Part shown: positions 19,409-33,922 of the stretch, in pieces
Layout: the number at the start of each line of letters is the position of its first letter
How positions within the stretch are numbered: the first letter of the stretch is position 1
Source of the DNA: Marsupella aquatica
Taxonomy: Eukaryota; Plantae; Marchantiophyta
Length of the DNA: 64,000 nt
Direction of reading: 5' to 3'
Assembly: GCA_973895155.1 (NCBI GenBank)
Contig: OZ316898.1
Span: 18,301,292 to 18,365,291 of the forward strand
Translations under genes and position numbers: made by a program
The notes under the pieces: model-generated
Told to the model about the DNA's origin: nothing
Database searches by the model: none
The model's input: only the letters and a program-made list of their open reading frames with translations

Positions 19409-20882
19409 CCTGGAACGGATAGACAATTTGACGAGCACCAAAACAAAAAGGTAAACTTTCACAAGTACCATGGACGCGGTAACTTCGGAATTTCCAGACC
19501 CGGCTCTTTTTGTAGTTCTACTTCTGGATCCCCCAACAGGGACTCCTTGTCTCGCCTTAAATTGAGTGTACTTTCTTTGATTCATCCAGTGAAGCCTCAT
19601 TAGAAATATCATGATCATCCCATGCGTCCATGAAATGCCTCCTATAGACTGCAAAGCATGTTGGGTCGACTGGCAGTCCCTGTTTCTGCCACCTTTCTTT
19701 GACTGATGTCATATTTAACTCTTTTGATCCCTGCGTGCAGCCATGCATGGCGTAGAAAAGCAATTGCTCGTAGACAAACACGAAGTTCAAGATGCAAGTC
19801 CGCAATGGCAGGTTCTTGTCACTAGTAAGCTCTAGGGTTACGATAATTGTAAAGCGAAAGATTTTTTACCGAAAGACATGTCAACATATTAAAGTACAAC
19901 AAATAGCGTTCGATAATTGAAACTAGAAAATGCTGTTCGAAGGGAGAAAAAAAATACACAAAGATGATAGCTAGATATGATAGTCAAATCTTGAACACTT
20001 ACTGTAGTCCACTGCAATCGTGCAGACGAATATCAAGAAAGTTGAACAGACATACTGGGGACCCTAGCCTGCCATTCCATCCCAGATGAATTGTCAATGA
20101 ATATGATAAAACGCATGACATGATAGTACAAAGTACCCAAACCTGCAAATCAACACGTCCTGCCTACAGAACTGATTCACCCTATGTGAGTGAACGCAGG
20201 AAGATTAAGCTTTGTTGACTGATTCCTGCGGGTATCGGGTTCAAAGGGGCCGCAAAAAGAAATCCCATTGCAACTAAGAAAGGATATGATAGAACACTTT
20301 GTCCAGGACACACTAGAAACTGCGTAAGGGTTGAGCGGTCACCATGAGGATCCAACGGGCTGTCTCAACACGGATTGCCAGACGACACAGCATGATGGAT
20401 GGACTGATTGACCGACGGAATGATTGTCAACAATGGCTGGCCACCATTGCCCATTGATCGAGTGAGACAACAGCGGCATGCCAGACCGACACCTTACCAA
20501 GCTCGCACAGTACGACGTCAAAATGATTTGTCTGCAATATCCGTGTAGAAATCGTCCATGCCATATTGAGCCGATCCAATTCTGTAACCACTAAGTTGGC
20601 TATGAAACTCAAGAATCCCTGCGTGCAGAAATCAAAACCAAGTTATCCTAGTCAACTCCACAATATTCAAAATTTTGCATGTACTAAGAGGCCCTTTGAA
20701 TGACCAAACTACTGTAGACAACTCTGGCATGAGCATTTGGAAAGCCAGATGGGACATTTGCAACAGAAATGTGTTGACCTCACCCCAACATAATACACCG
20801 TCTTAAGACCCTCACACATTGCGGCTGCTGGTAGTTTGCGTTGTTTTTTGAACTCGTTGTTGATAATTGACGTTTCTTCATT

Positions 20883-21251
20883 AAGTTTGGATGGACTTGC
20901 CTGGCAAATAGAGCCTTTAGAGGCCGTCAACCGGCAAGTTGGCACCCAGACCGTCCCGGGCTCCATGTCCCGGTCTCAATGAGTACTTCCCGGCCTGGCC
21001 TGGCCATGCCAGCCCTATCCCGGTTCTGGGTGAGGGGCTGGGTCTGGGGCCGGGCTGGGTGCGAGGCAGGGCGGGACCGGGTCCGGGGACGGGTAGGGCA
21101 GCAGGGTCCGGGACGAGGCCGGGTCTTGGCCGGGAATGGTTCGGGCCAGAGAATAATAGGGAATATCTGGCAAATAGAGGGATTTTGGTCTGGCAAATGA
21201 TGAGTTTACGTGCCGAGCAACTCGGCAAGGTGCCCGTCACTTCAAACCTGG
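20883..21251. mobile_element. Short, older relative of the GC-rich TIR element at 3323-4328
   Basis: Shared ends GGACTTGCCTGGCAAATAG...GCCGTCAACCGGCAAG and GAGTTTACGTG..GCAACTCGGCAAG..CCCGTCAC.TCAAACC. Confidence 0.75.
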
Positions 21252-22827
21252 CATTTTTTGGTGTTCCGTCATACGTAGTACTTTCCGTGAATGTTCTTGA
21301 CAAAAGTTTCAATTCTCTCAATCTCCTATGGAAGGGCATGGGCGCTGTATTGCACTATTTTGCCTCAAAAAAACCATTGAATTAAAAAGCCAGCATACAA
21401 AGTGAGCTAAGAGTATCCCATGACCTTGATCACTCTCTTGACTCAAGTGTTCTGCAACAAGTACATTCCTAAATTTCTTTATTCCTTTGCTTACTATTTG
21501 TTTTCACTCTATTTCTTCCTAAGATTGGTAACAAAGTAGAGTACTCTTTCCGAGTGTTTGTTTTCACTCTATTTTTTATAAGGATTGATTTTATTCTTTT
21601 AAAGGAAAGACACATGGTGAAACTCTCCAACAACACAAGGCAACCAGTATTCTTTTTCTAGATCCTCTTTCTTTCTAGCACTCCTAACAACTTCAATTTC
21701 TTTTTAAGAAAGGACACATATATGGCCAAGTTCCTCCAACAAAAGTTGCAACCCAACTGTTTGTATAGAGGGGTGAGGGGTTTCTGTTTTCTTGGGAAAG
21801 TAGCTTTTTTCTTTAATGGTCTAAAATTATTTTTAGCCTATGATAATAAGGTGTTTAGGGTTGGTTATTGTCTATTCACCCTAGCCCCTCCCACACTGCA
21901 TTTATTTTGGAGAGGTGGGGATTGAATTTCATGGCAAATTTCATGGCCCACCATTAAATTGGTTCTCCCATTTTTTAGACATTTATATATAGGTCATTCA
22001 TTTTATATCTCCTTCCTCTGCCCCCTATGGCTTATTTTGCTTCCCCATTAGTCAAACTTCTGCCCTTTGTGCCTGGTTGGGTTGGACCTATGAGCTCTCC
22101 CCCTTGGCGGCTTTCATCCTCTGGTTGTGTTCTGGGCTCCAGCCCCGCCTTTTTCAAAAGGAGAAATTAAAAGAATCAAACTTCTGCCCTTGCCACGGTC
22201 TATATATTTTGATGTTTTTTTACCATCTTCTTCATCAACAATGTGGAACCAAATTAAAGCAAGATTTTCAAGACTGCAACAACATTTTCAACTGAAAACA
22301 TTTCCGTGCATCACCACTTTTGCTTGAAAAAGATTTACACTCAATTATATTTCTCAGCAAAGTTTTTGTTTGACAATACTTTTAAATCTACTATTCGAAT
22401 ACAATCATCTCGCAACCACAACACTTTTTCTTGGAAACAATTTCTCTCAACAACACTTCCTCTTAGAGGCATTGACCCATTTTGAAACTTCCGTGCATCA
22501 CCACTTTTGTTTGAAAAATATTTCCACTCAACTATATTTCTCAGCAAAGTTTTTGTTTGACGGTACTTTTAAATCTAATATTTGAATACAATCATCTCGC
22601 AACCACAACACTTTCTCTTGAAAACACTTCCTCTCAACGACATTGACCCAAAGGCAGCGACAACTTCTGTTGATATGCCCAATGGTTGTTGGCAGTATTG
22701 AGCCTCACCTTGACAATGTTGCCTCAGACCCTGGCCACATCTTTGCCTCATCTTTACATCTAAACTTGCCTTCTGGATTTTGGCCTTGCCTCGACATCTT
22801 TGTATCATCTTAACATCTACACTTTCC

Positions 22828-23121
22828 CTCGGGGGTTTCACTTCCACAAAAATGGCACATCACGTGCGACGAAGTATAGGGTCATTTTATTGCTTCAAAG
22901 GGAAGACTTAAGAATTTTCTGAGAAGAACAATAGGGTTTTTTAAATCAAAATTTGAGACTTATAAGAAGATTAGGGTCCTTATAACCAAAATTTTGGAAT
23001 ATTCCAAGAATATTCCAACTTTATAGGGGTTGAAAAATATCTTTTTTCTTACATTTTAGGGGGTCCGAGGCCTAAAAACGTCACAGGTGATGGGGAGCAT
23101 CCATATAGTGAGACCCCCGAG
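22828..23121. mobile_element. MITE (hAT-like, 8-bp TSD)
   Basis: 15-bp TIR CTCGGGGGT(T/C)TCACT; TSD CACTTTCC on both sides; family member in opposite orientation at 41613-41910. Confidence 0.9.
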
Positions 23122-23129
23122 CACTTTCC

Positions 23130-23716
23130 TCAACATCTTTGCCTCACTTCGATGTCTTTGCCTCACCTTGACAACTTTCCCTTGCCTTGACATCTTGCCC
23201 TTGCCTCCACATCTTTGCCTTGCCTTGACATTTTGCCCTCACCTCGACATTTTTTCCTCTGCTCAACAACTTTCCCTTTGCTCGACGTATTTGCCTCTCC
23301 TCGACATCTTTGTCTCACCTCCACATCTTGCCCTCACCTTGACATCTTTCCCTCTGCTCAACAACTTTCCCTTCGCTCGACATATTTGTCTCTCCTTGAT
23401 ATCTTGCCCTCACCTTGACATCTTTGCCTCACCTCCACATCTTGCCCTCACCTGAACATCTTTCCCTTGCCTCAACATCTTGCCCTCACCTCAACATCTT
23501 GCCCTCACGTTCCTATCTTTGCCTCTCCTTGACATCTTTTGCTCACCTCAATATCTTTCCCTCACCTCAACATCTTTGCCTCTCCTCGACATCTTGCCCT
23601 TGCCTCAACATGTTGCCTAATTGACCTCAACATGTTGCCTAATTGACCTCAACATGTTGCCTAATTGACCTCAACATGTTGCCCCTCACCTCAACGTCTT
23701 TCCCTTTCCTCGACAT
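23130..23716. repeat. Degenerate ~21-bp minisatellite (CCTCAACATCTTTGCC-like), including a perfect 22-bp triplication
   Basis: Repeated CCTCACCTTGACATCTTT units; CTCAACATGTTGCCTAATTGAC x3 at ~23604-23670. Confidence 0.8.
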
Positions 23717-26700
23717 CTAACCCTCTCCGCGAAATCTAGCCCTCACCTCGGAATCTTTTGTGCAACGCACGGGCATTGGCCTAGTTGTCAATAATAGTTC
23801 AAAATTTCTACACAAGTTTCCTTGGCCAAATCTTGTCTTTTGAGACTCTGACCAGCCCAAGCCTTCCAAATAACTGATCAAAAGCACCCATTGATCAGTT
23901 AAGCTGTGCACCAATGCTTATCCCTTGAAGTCCATGAAAACAGACTATATCCATGGAAGCGTCTCCAGCATCTATCATGACTGCATAGCTTCCAAAGGCT
24001 GTCATTGATCTGGGACATCGAGTAAATGGATATATTATTAGAAAAATGACATGTAGGATAGAAGTGGGCCAATACTTTGTAAATGACTAAGTGATGAGAA
24101 GAAGACACTTTATAAAGAGATAAGCATTGAAGCACAAGTAGCAAGTCACCCCAACCAATTCATTCTTGATAGAAGTGGGACAATACTTTGTAAATGACGA
24201 AGTGATGAGAAGACGACACTTTATAAAGGGATAAGCATTGAAGCACAAGTAGCAAGTCACCCAACCAAATAATTCATTCTTGCTATAAGTGGTTACTAAA
24301 AAATTCATCCAAGATCTAAAAAAGAATGAATAATTATTCCTCTCAACCTGGGAATCCTCACTTGGGAATCCTTTTGAGCAGGAAACACTACAAAACAAAC
24401 TAGTCTATTGAAACTTTTTTTAGGGGAGGGGGACCTTCACACTTTTAGGTACGTTAAAGAATACTTGTTTTTTCATTAATCTAAATACAATAGTCTTAAA
24501 AACTTTTTTATTACCATTTGGGGGAGATTGCTTAAAGTTGGAGCAACCCTATGCTATACGGCAGAACCTCATTACAATTTTTTTCATGTTTATTTTAGCG
24601 TAAATTAGAATCCTAATGTGGTCAGATTACAATGAGACATTTATCAAAATAATGACCCCATGGATTATTTTTCAAACCCAGGCTTTTGCCAAAAAGAACT
24701 CCTTACTTTTGATTTAATAACTTTTTATTCCTTTAAGGTAAATGTAAGGTTACAGTTAACCCAAATCCACAACAATGTCAGGAAATGTTTCCCGAGACAA
24801 TTGTTTTTTACAAAACGGATCAATGCAATAGTGGAATGTTTTTCCAAGACATGAAGATTGCAATTGTTTTTTTGTGTGAAGCCATTTGACTGCAGACTTG
24901 GCTCTTTATGGACCCCCATGAGAGGTCTCTTGCAAATTCCCTGCCACAAGGTTGCACCACATCAGCACAACCAGCCACAAACAGGAAAGATCCTATATTT
25001 TCACAGTCACAAAAATGCATATTCATGTTTGTGGCAAAAACAAAGTAATTTTTGGGGCACCATGCCGTAAGTATTAAGCGTAAAAAAACTAGAATTTACA
25101 GAGGAAGAGATGTCATTTAGTAAAATAAAGTTACCATTATGATAACATTTGTCAATGATATATCATTTGCTTGTTTTTTTTAATTGTTTGCAAGATTGAG
25201 GGGTACCAAAGGAGGACTAAGGACAGTCACTTTTGAAGGACTGAAGGAAAGGATTGAAAATGTCATTAAAATGTGGTTGAATACCCTCCCCAAAAGGTTG
25301 GACACACTTCCACAAGATTGGGGGCATTTCCAACAATGTTGTGCACACTTCCAAAGACTTGGCATGCAAGATCTAACCTTTAAAGTTTTTCCAAGCAATC
25401 CTAACCATTCAATGTCACATTTTGGTCATTATGGAATATTCTTGGAATAAGGACAAGGAGTATATCTTTTTGTGGAGAAAATGGGAGACTTTTCAGTACC
25501 CCTCAAGCTTGCTTTTGACCCAATCGATAGAAATCATGTACATAGTTAGAACCCCTTTGGCTCCACATTGTAAAACTATGAGTATTTAATCTCTTTAGTA
25601 CTTGATGAAATCTGTTAGTGTTTGATTCATTGGAAAGCTCAAGATCAAGATTTAGAAACTCATGACCTCTTTAGTACTGTCAAAATCTCTCAATGTCAAA
25701 CTCATTGGAAAGCTAAAGTAAAATTAGAAACTCATAGAAACACGATTTCTCCAATGTGTAAGCAAAACTCATCAAAAAATTCAATTCTTCCACATTTAAC
25801 CTTCGGTTTGATAAACCAAAGAGTTCATCTCAACCAGATCAATCTCCTCTATCTTTTGAGCGTTCTCTTTTGTACGAGCACACACCAGACCACCGGGAGA
25901 CTCAAAATAATCAGTTACCGCCTTGCTAAAAATTTGATTTCACTTCATCACACACATTCGCTGGATGACTATGGCGGTCCACAGATTAATTTCTTAAAAT
26001 TTCAGTGTTCTTAAAGACACGCAAGCACGTATAACACTGAATTGTCCACTGAACACTGGACAACCTTCCAAGCATAGTAAAACCCCTCTACACCCACCAC
26101 TTTCTCTACAAAGGTAGAGAAAGATGCAGTTAATATAAACCATTGACCACTACACTAACCTATGCCAAGCTCGGCACACGTACCTTGCTGCACACCCTCT
26201 CTATAATGACCATTTTTGGGAAGTATGCCCTAAGTAGTTTGGGCATGATTGAGCAGTGACTTGCCATGGGGTAAACTAGTTGAAACTGGTTGCAGACAGT
26301 CAAGGGCCTGACTGCTTAAGGGTCACATCCAGTCAAAATTGTAAAAGGTGCCATATGAGTCTTTTTAGCCGTTCTGAGCCTGTCCATTTAAGCTTTGGAA
26401 TTCCATCCGGGCTTCAATCAGAGCAAATCCCTTGGTCTAACTTTTCTGACATATTATTGTGATAAAGCACTTTCTCATCTCCCGTCTCATCTCTCCAAGG
26501 AGAAACGCTTTGATCTTCTCAGCACCATTCCATTTTTTTCTCTTGAGTGTTGTGTTTTATTGGCAATCTGTGATGATTTTTGTAGTTAAGAGTGGTAAGT
26601 TGAGGATGGCTTTACAAGATGTGAGGGCCCCATGGGAGTGAATTCTTGACTTTTATTCACCAAGCAAGTTGGAAGGTCACTTTGGGGGGGGGGAGGGGTT

Positions 26701-28035
26701 GGGGGGCTCGGGGGGTTGACTATCAAAAATTTTAAGAACCACGCGCGATCCAAAATATGTATTTTTGATAAAAATTAACTAATTTAAAAAAAAAAGAAAT
26801 CATTTGCTTTATAATATAGGTCGAGAGCAACCGGCGCAGGGGAACCGAAGGGGAAGCATCCTAGACACGCATGCAGCGTTCCCAATATTTCTCCCCTCCT
26901 GTTTAGACAATCTGCGTGCTGTGTCCACCATCCATCTGTTCACTGTTAGGTAGCTCACCCTTTTGCGCTCGATCAAGGTCGGTGGGTACTATAGACTTTT
27001 CTACCCAGTTGGGAATTTCTAGGAGTCCGATTCGTTCCTAAGTGCCGAACGAAGAAGCTAGGAAGCAGCATCGCTTGACTTTTGAGCACGAGATATATAA
27101 TTAACAATGAACTTACTACTTTCTGGAGTGAAGGAAAATGAGTCTGAGTCTGCACTCTGCAGCTCTTTCCATGAGCGAGCTCGCGACGATGAACGCGGGA
27201 AGCTGAGGACGATTAGATGTCGTCGGACATGTTGTGTGTATATGTACAGCACTAATGCACTCTCTGTGGTGAAGAAAGATGAGTCTGCAAGCTCAATCCG
27301 TGAGCTCGCCAACGGAGACGAACGCGGGAAGTTGAGGACGTTTAGATGTCGTAGTACAGGTTGCGTATATGTATAGACAGCACTAAGATGTATCGTAGTA
27401 ATGAGAAGAGTTTATCCACTCGTCCTCCGATCGGGAATTACCTACTAACGCCTTCCCACAAATCGTGAGTGGATTGCTTGCAATTGTCGAGAGATGTGGT
27501 TGGGAAAGTCCATTGAAGTGTGTACAACGGGGTCACTTTGTTTCCAGGTTCTTGAAATTTTTTCCTCTTGTAGCAGTCATGCAATGTTTGGAGAGAACTA
27601 TTTTGAGGTTCCTAGAATTTTTTCCATTGTCTGAAGAGTCATGAGTTTGGAGAGCAAATAATTAGGAAATGGCTGCAAATTTCAGCGGGTGTCGTCATAG
27701 CAATACAGGTACGACATCCTCACATGCTTTCATGTGTAATGTTGCAATTGCAGCTTTCTGCAGCATTGAGCGTATTTAGAATAACAAGGATCCATCATCT
27801 AATCTAGACTTGTCACATTTTCAGTTTGATTTACTAGGATATTAAATGACTGTCGTGCAGTCAGTCTTTTTGTCTTCATGTCATTCTGGGTCTTGCTAGT
27901 TTATTGAATCAAGTTTCTTCATGGATGTTTCTTGTTTGCGGGCCAAAAGAGCTTCCTCGTGGACTAGGTTTTTAAGAGGCATTCAGGAACAACATTGGAA
28001 AGTGAACGGGTGCTTCTGATCGGAAAGTCCACAAA

Positions 28036-31000
28036 ATGTCAAGAAAACTGCAGTGGTCCAGAGTAAGGGCATGTGTTAATTGGGTGGAAACGCCTCTCGG
28101 CGTTTTCTGGATGTCGATGGCGTACAATCTACTAGGCAACGACCTCTCCAGTGAAGTGCAAACTCATCCAAAATCCATCCTCTTGAGACTTTCCCCTTAC
28201 ATGGGAATCGGCTCCACGATCCTCATTTTCTACGCGGTAAAGTTGACGGTCGAGTTTTATTTCCCGGAAAAGTCAGAACGATGTCCAGATCCTAATCATC
28301 CAGCTGCTGGTCCTGCAGCCAATCCTGACCGGCTTGCAATTGATCTAGTCAAGCTCGTCGACGCAGGAGCAGAGAAAAATGATCACGATCTGATGGGTCT
28401 GTTAAACTATGTCATCCGTTGTGCGAGGGAAAAGGATGAAGGGTATAAGGATCTACTTAATTTTATCGACTCTCAGAATGACGATAAACGTGCAACACTT
28501 CCTGGACCTGTAATTGCAAACGGGATTGCAAACGACTTGAGTCGAGCTCAGTCCACATGTTCGCCTCAGATTGGGTGTCTTGGGAACAGCACGATGCAAG
28601 CTCCTGCCCAGCTTGCCAATTCAGCTCTCGTAGTGCCCGTTGGAAGATCTGAGCAGGCACAGAATTCAAGTTTATGTGCTCATCTGGTGTTGTCGTCTGT
28701 CTTGCCTTTGGAAAGCAGCAGCTCTGTGGCTCAGACGCTCACAGCTTCATCTGCTCATGTGGTCTTGACAATCGACACCAAGGACTCGGTGACAGATGTG
28801 AAGGGAGTGTATGTCCCGGAGGACGAGGGAAGCGGCTCGAGATTGTTGTACAGGAGGATTGAGCTCGGGCCCCAGATTGGCGAGTTGGAATTTGGCAAAT
28901 TGAGGGTGCAGATGATGGAATCTATGGAGCTGGCCCGCAAGAAAGACGAGAACTGTACATTGCAGTTCGGATCATTTGCGGTGTTAAGATACACTGGTAA
29001 ATTTCAGCTGAGATGGGTTTCAAATCCTTATTGCTCATCGATGAAACTGAGTTTTTTGGTGGCCTGGGAAGAATCAATGAAACCTTTCAATTGGCAACAT
29101 AATGGTTTGATTTGTTGGTTTTGGTATGTAAATTACGAATTTCAATTCTGTCTGCTCTGTCATGAGGGGAAAATAGATAAGACAGCTCCTTTTATGATAT
29201 GATATTTAATAGAGGGTGAGTGGTTTTCGTTCCTTGTACAAAAGGAAATTATAGATACGAACGAGGAAAGTGGATCACCATGATAATTACCCCCCAAAAA
29301 ACCTGGATAATACTCACACAATATATATTACACAATTTAAATTTGTATTGAGTTCCACACTTCTAAAACTGATGACACAATTTCTTGAATCTTGTAGACA
29401 ATGGCCCAAAATGGTGGAAGCTCCCAAAAAATTGCACACCAACAATATGTAACATTCAGAGGTCGCCTTGGAGCTTACTAGAGTTTCTACCTGGTAAGAT
29501 ATGTGCTACATTGGAGTGTACTGCTACCATTAGTTTCAATACTAGTTGGAGTCACTTACCTATGACTAACGCTATGCCCGTGCGTTGCACAATTAGGGTT
29601 GTAGCTGGGTTGTCCAAGCATAAGTTTTGTCATTTCAGTTTGGTGGTCATTGCAAAAGACCCATGTCGTTATCATTGCAGATTGAAGTGTTCATGTTTTG
29701 GCTGGGTTGTTGTTGTGGAAGTGTCTGCTTGTGCGAAAGAATGGGCATGGGGAATTGTATGGGGACCTTCCTTTGCTTATGGATGGGTATCCGAGCTAGT
29801 TATTTATAAGCAGATGGATTGGAATGGGCCCCGAGTTTCACAGACCATCGATCAATTCTTCACATCATTTATTTACAGTTGGGGCAGGGTTTCCCCCGGG
29901 GCTTTCCTCCTTCCAGATTTAGAAAAAAATGGTTTCCATGCAGGTAGGAGGGCCAAGTGGACAATTACAGGGTCTAATCTCCAAAGTGCAACATTGAGAG
30001 CTACTACATCTGGAAAGAGCGAAGACTTAAAAGTCCTAGAATACTTTACGGTACGTGTATACGTTTTTTTTTAATGTTGGGTTTGAAAATGTTTGTTTAA
30101 GTGTACCTAAGTCCAGATGTATTTGATTTTTGTTTTGAACAGAACTCTCTAGTGTACGTCCATATTTTTTAGAGTAAAGAGCACTGTACTGTACATTGTC
30201 TTGAATGTAAGACATTCCAATTGTAAACTACTAGAAAAAAAGGCTCTAACTGTTCTATGCAATTAAATAATCAAAGTTTGCTCTGTATAGACAAGGAGCA
30301 AAGAGGATGTTTTGTTGTGTGAAGAACCCGATTTGGTGCGGAATTCAGCTCCAATATTTCCAGAAAAAGTTTACATTTGTGCTTCAAAAGCTGTGGAAGT
30401 AGAAATGGGGGCCACCATTAAACTGCAAAGCGAGGTCAGAAGCGTTAAAAGAGCATACTGGAATTCAGGTATTCACTACTGATATACCCCGTGATAACTA
30501 ACTGAGACCAACTAGTATTGTTTTGGTTGAATTCCTCTGGCAACGAGGTCAAAACCATTAAAATCTTACATTTTGTGGCTTCCCTTTAAGTCTATTATTT
30601 CATGCTTGAGCATTTATGCAGTGTAGTCGAAGTTAATTCATATGCTTGGTTACTGAACCTATTCTTGCTTTGCTTTGGACAGTTGTGAGAGGTCTCATAC
30701 CAAGCCTACCAACCATGATCACGCTTGCAGTGTTGTACTTGTTGGGAGAAATGAGAAGTGCAAGTCATGGGGGACACAATGCCTCCTCTCCCAATGTGGC
30801 CTCTGCTTCTCTTGACCGTCAATATGTTCACACGAATATTGCTGGGTTACTATGGGAATGGAACCCTTTTCTTTCAAGTATTCTGAGGGAGACATATAAG
30901 CTTTTTCTAATTCACATATTCATCATGATCCTTTCCATCTTCCTTTTCATTATGTGGCGCCTTTCACATAACAATATCACAATATTAGGTAAGTTAATTA

Positions 31001-31636
31001 CTCACTCATTGGGGTTTAACACGAAGCCCTGATATGCAGTACTAATATAATGAACAACTGTTTTATTAGTCATGTTTAGTACTGTTGTTGAAATATTTGT
31101 AAAGAGAGAAGTTTTCACTGATATGTGAGGTATGTTCTAGCAAGTGAGTCAATAATGATGTTGTGATCGAAAGTAATTCTCAAAGCTGGTTAGATGGATC
31201 TAATAAAATTGAAGCGAAAGAGTTTCTGATCAAAATCTGAGTAGATGTTACTTAGAAGTTATCTCAAAGTTACTTAAAAGTCTTTGATGCCAAAATTAGA
31301 TCATTCTACATCTCCAGTAGAAGAAGATTTGACGGAGACAGTGCTGATTGATAGTAGTGACGTGTGTACACTTACAAAATTCAGCTATGGGCTGGTTTAT
31401 CCATTTCGTTTAGGAAACACAAATCATGGAATGCTTGATATTCGCAGATTTTGATGGCCCAATCCTTGGGATAGCACTCGGTGTTGAAGAGACAACTAGC
31501 AGCTCAAGCCCTACAGCTACAACATGGATTGAGGAGGACGAGGTGGAAGATACTACCAACGATCCTGCCAGTCCTTCAAGTGTGGCAGTGGTTGAGGACC
31601 CCTTGCTGAAGACTTTCGTGCTCTCTCAGCCAGCAG
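28036..31636 (+). CDS. Multi-exon gene segment of unknown function (exons 28036-28996, 29944-30050, 30291-30468, 31448-31636), possibly the 5' part of the F-box/NLR gene
   Basis: ATG start; four phase-compatible GT-AG exons give an open frame with N-terminal hydrophobic segments; no in-frame stop reached. Confidence 0.55.
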
Positions 31637-32508
31637 GTTGGTTTAGTGAAATTATTTTGCTATTGCACAAGGATCTGTTGTTTGAGTCTTATGGGCCTGT
31701 TCTTGAATAATATGGATGTGTTCTCATGCAGAACTATTGTGAAGTTTCTGGAGGTTTAGGGTTTAGTGAGCTGTTCTTAGAGCCCTTTAACTGGGCACAC
31801 CAAACAGCCCTGCCATTGAGGAGATTTACCAAGCCAGAGAGGCACCTGTGCATCCGGGGTCTTGAAATGGACTTAGGGTTCCCCACCTGCCCCTAAACCC
31901 TCAGCCGCAGTCCTCACCAGGAGAAAAGCAAGTACACTCAAACAGTTTATTTACTGTTGGGTCTTGCTAGCCTAAACATTACTTTGAGCTAACTTGTCCT
32001 GAAATGCTAGCATGTCCAAGTCATGAGGTAACAATTTGAACGTGAGATTAGACTGCGATGTCTTGTGAATTTGATGATTCCTGATTTTAAAAACTTAGAA
32101 TTAGTTGATTCATCAATATCTGAAGAATCTGTATCTGTATCTGCATAGTGGATTGTAAGTTGATTTGTCTCCTATAAGTACTCTTCTCAGCATTGATCGG
32201 CTCAAAACTGTCAACCACCAGCTTATCCCTACATTTCATGCCCATCACTTGCTTGAATTTCAAGACCTGCAGTTGAGAAAAATTAACCATAGACACTTTG
32301 AGGGAATAACGACACAAGTGCCTGCCCAACACTTTTTCGTTTGCACTTGGTTTTAGTGATAATCTGGGAAAGAATGTTTCGCACCCTGTGAAGTACCCAA
32401 TTTTTTCTGGGCTAAGGGTCGTGTAAGTGGAGGAGAATTTAATTCCACAGCCCAAAGAATTGGGGCGCATGACAAAAGTAAGTCTTGCAAGAGCGCTTTG
32501 AGTTTCAG

Positions 32509-33466
32509 ATTGCAAACCAAGTAGTTGACCATTACAGAAATGGGATAGCTCGAATTGCTGAAGAGCAGGCCGTGGATGTTGTGCTCGCAGGGGCAGAGCT
32601 TGATCAAGAGAAATGTCTTGGTCCAGGTCTGGGAGATCTCCCACAACGTTGCATAGAATCCATTCTCCGCCTGACAACACCAAGGGATGTGGCGAGATTG
32701 GCGTGTGTGAATCGGCTTTTCTATGCTGCATCATTCTCTGATTTGGTATGGGAAACAATGCTGCCACCTTCTTATTCTGACACTCTGGACGAGGCTCAAA
32801 GTGTACTTCCAAGCACTTGTTCAAAGAAGGAGATTTACGACTTTTTGTGCAACCGAGTAATTCTCCAAAATGGCACCTGTGAGTATTGGCTGGACAGGGC
32901 AACTGGAGGAATCTGTCAAATCATTGGGGGCCGAGGATTGAATATTGCTTGGGGAGATGATAGACGATATTGGGATTGGGAGCGTAGTCGACGAGGGGCC
33001 AGGTCCATTAAAGTGGCCTATCTCAAAGAAGTCTGGTGGCTTCACATCTCAGGCAGATGGGAGTGCTCCCTCTCGCCTGGAACTTATACTCTGTCCTGGA
33101 GAATCTTCCATCAATTCACTGAAAATGTTGGGCCTGTGAGACTCTCTTTGGAGGCTACTGGTAATGCAGCAGTTGAAACCGCTTGTGATTTCACACCGGA
33201 GGGTGCAGAGCCCTTGAAGAAACTGCTTGCAGGACAGCAACAATCATTTGTTTGCAGATGGGACCAGGACAACTGGATGGAGCTTGATGTTGGAGAGTTT
33301 ATTGTTCAAGACAAAGATTCGCCAATCTCAATCATATTTTCTATGCAGGAGACTACGAAACATAAGAAAGACCTGTATCTCGACGGCGTTATGATTCGTC
33401 CCTCTTATCTCATAGCAAATGAGAGATCTAGATACAGCAGGCATGAGGCCGGTTCATCAACAAGAG
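32509..33466 (+). CDS. F-box + phloem protein 2 (PP2/Nictaba-like lectin) exon
   Basis: LGDLPQRCIESILRLTTPRDVARLACVNRLFYAASFSDLVWETMLP (F-box); YWLDRATG, LNIAWGDDRRYWDW, LKEVWWL, WMELDVGEF, KKDLYLDGVMIRP (PP2). Confidence 0.9.
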
Positions 33467-33922
33467 GTACCCGAAGAAGTTTTAAGAGAAGGACAATGAG
33501 TACTGTTTTTGAATGGTTGTGTTTCACGAATAGGGTCCAAATGTCCAACTATACACAATTGCTTTTGTCAACTCTCAAAATCGCTTGTTACTTTTCTCAT
33601 ATTGGTTGTTGTTCTTGTCTACAGATACCCTCAAACCCATATTTGGTCGTTCTACTTCTGGCTCTGGCAAACCTCATTGGGAAAATGAACAGGTAAGCTG
33701 TCTCCAGCTTTGACTGTAAGTTGCCAGTGCACTCCGATTGAGAGTCGTGATGTGCATCGCAGCCTCTTAAGGGGTTACAACCAGTAGCATGAAGCCTTGA
33801 ACGATCAACGATTGTGGCGACAGTTCCAATGGAGATGTTTTGCAGACGTTCTGTTTTTTCTACCCCAATTTTCGATACCGAATTATCATAGTGATGTTAT
33901 TTGGCTCCTCATGAACAAACAG

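Noticed and set aside
19420-20870. Degraded coding-like sequence with Cys-rich patch (CCKCPIW..C) on the minus strand
   Set aside because: Fragmented frames; cannot assign to a gene or TE family without a search.
23087-23624. Leu/Pro/His-rich ORFs
   Set aside because: Translation of a degenerate minisatellite.
24560-25460. Short ORFs suggesting an old transposase fragment
   Set aside because: No catalytic motifs or termini identifiable.
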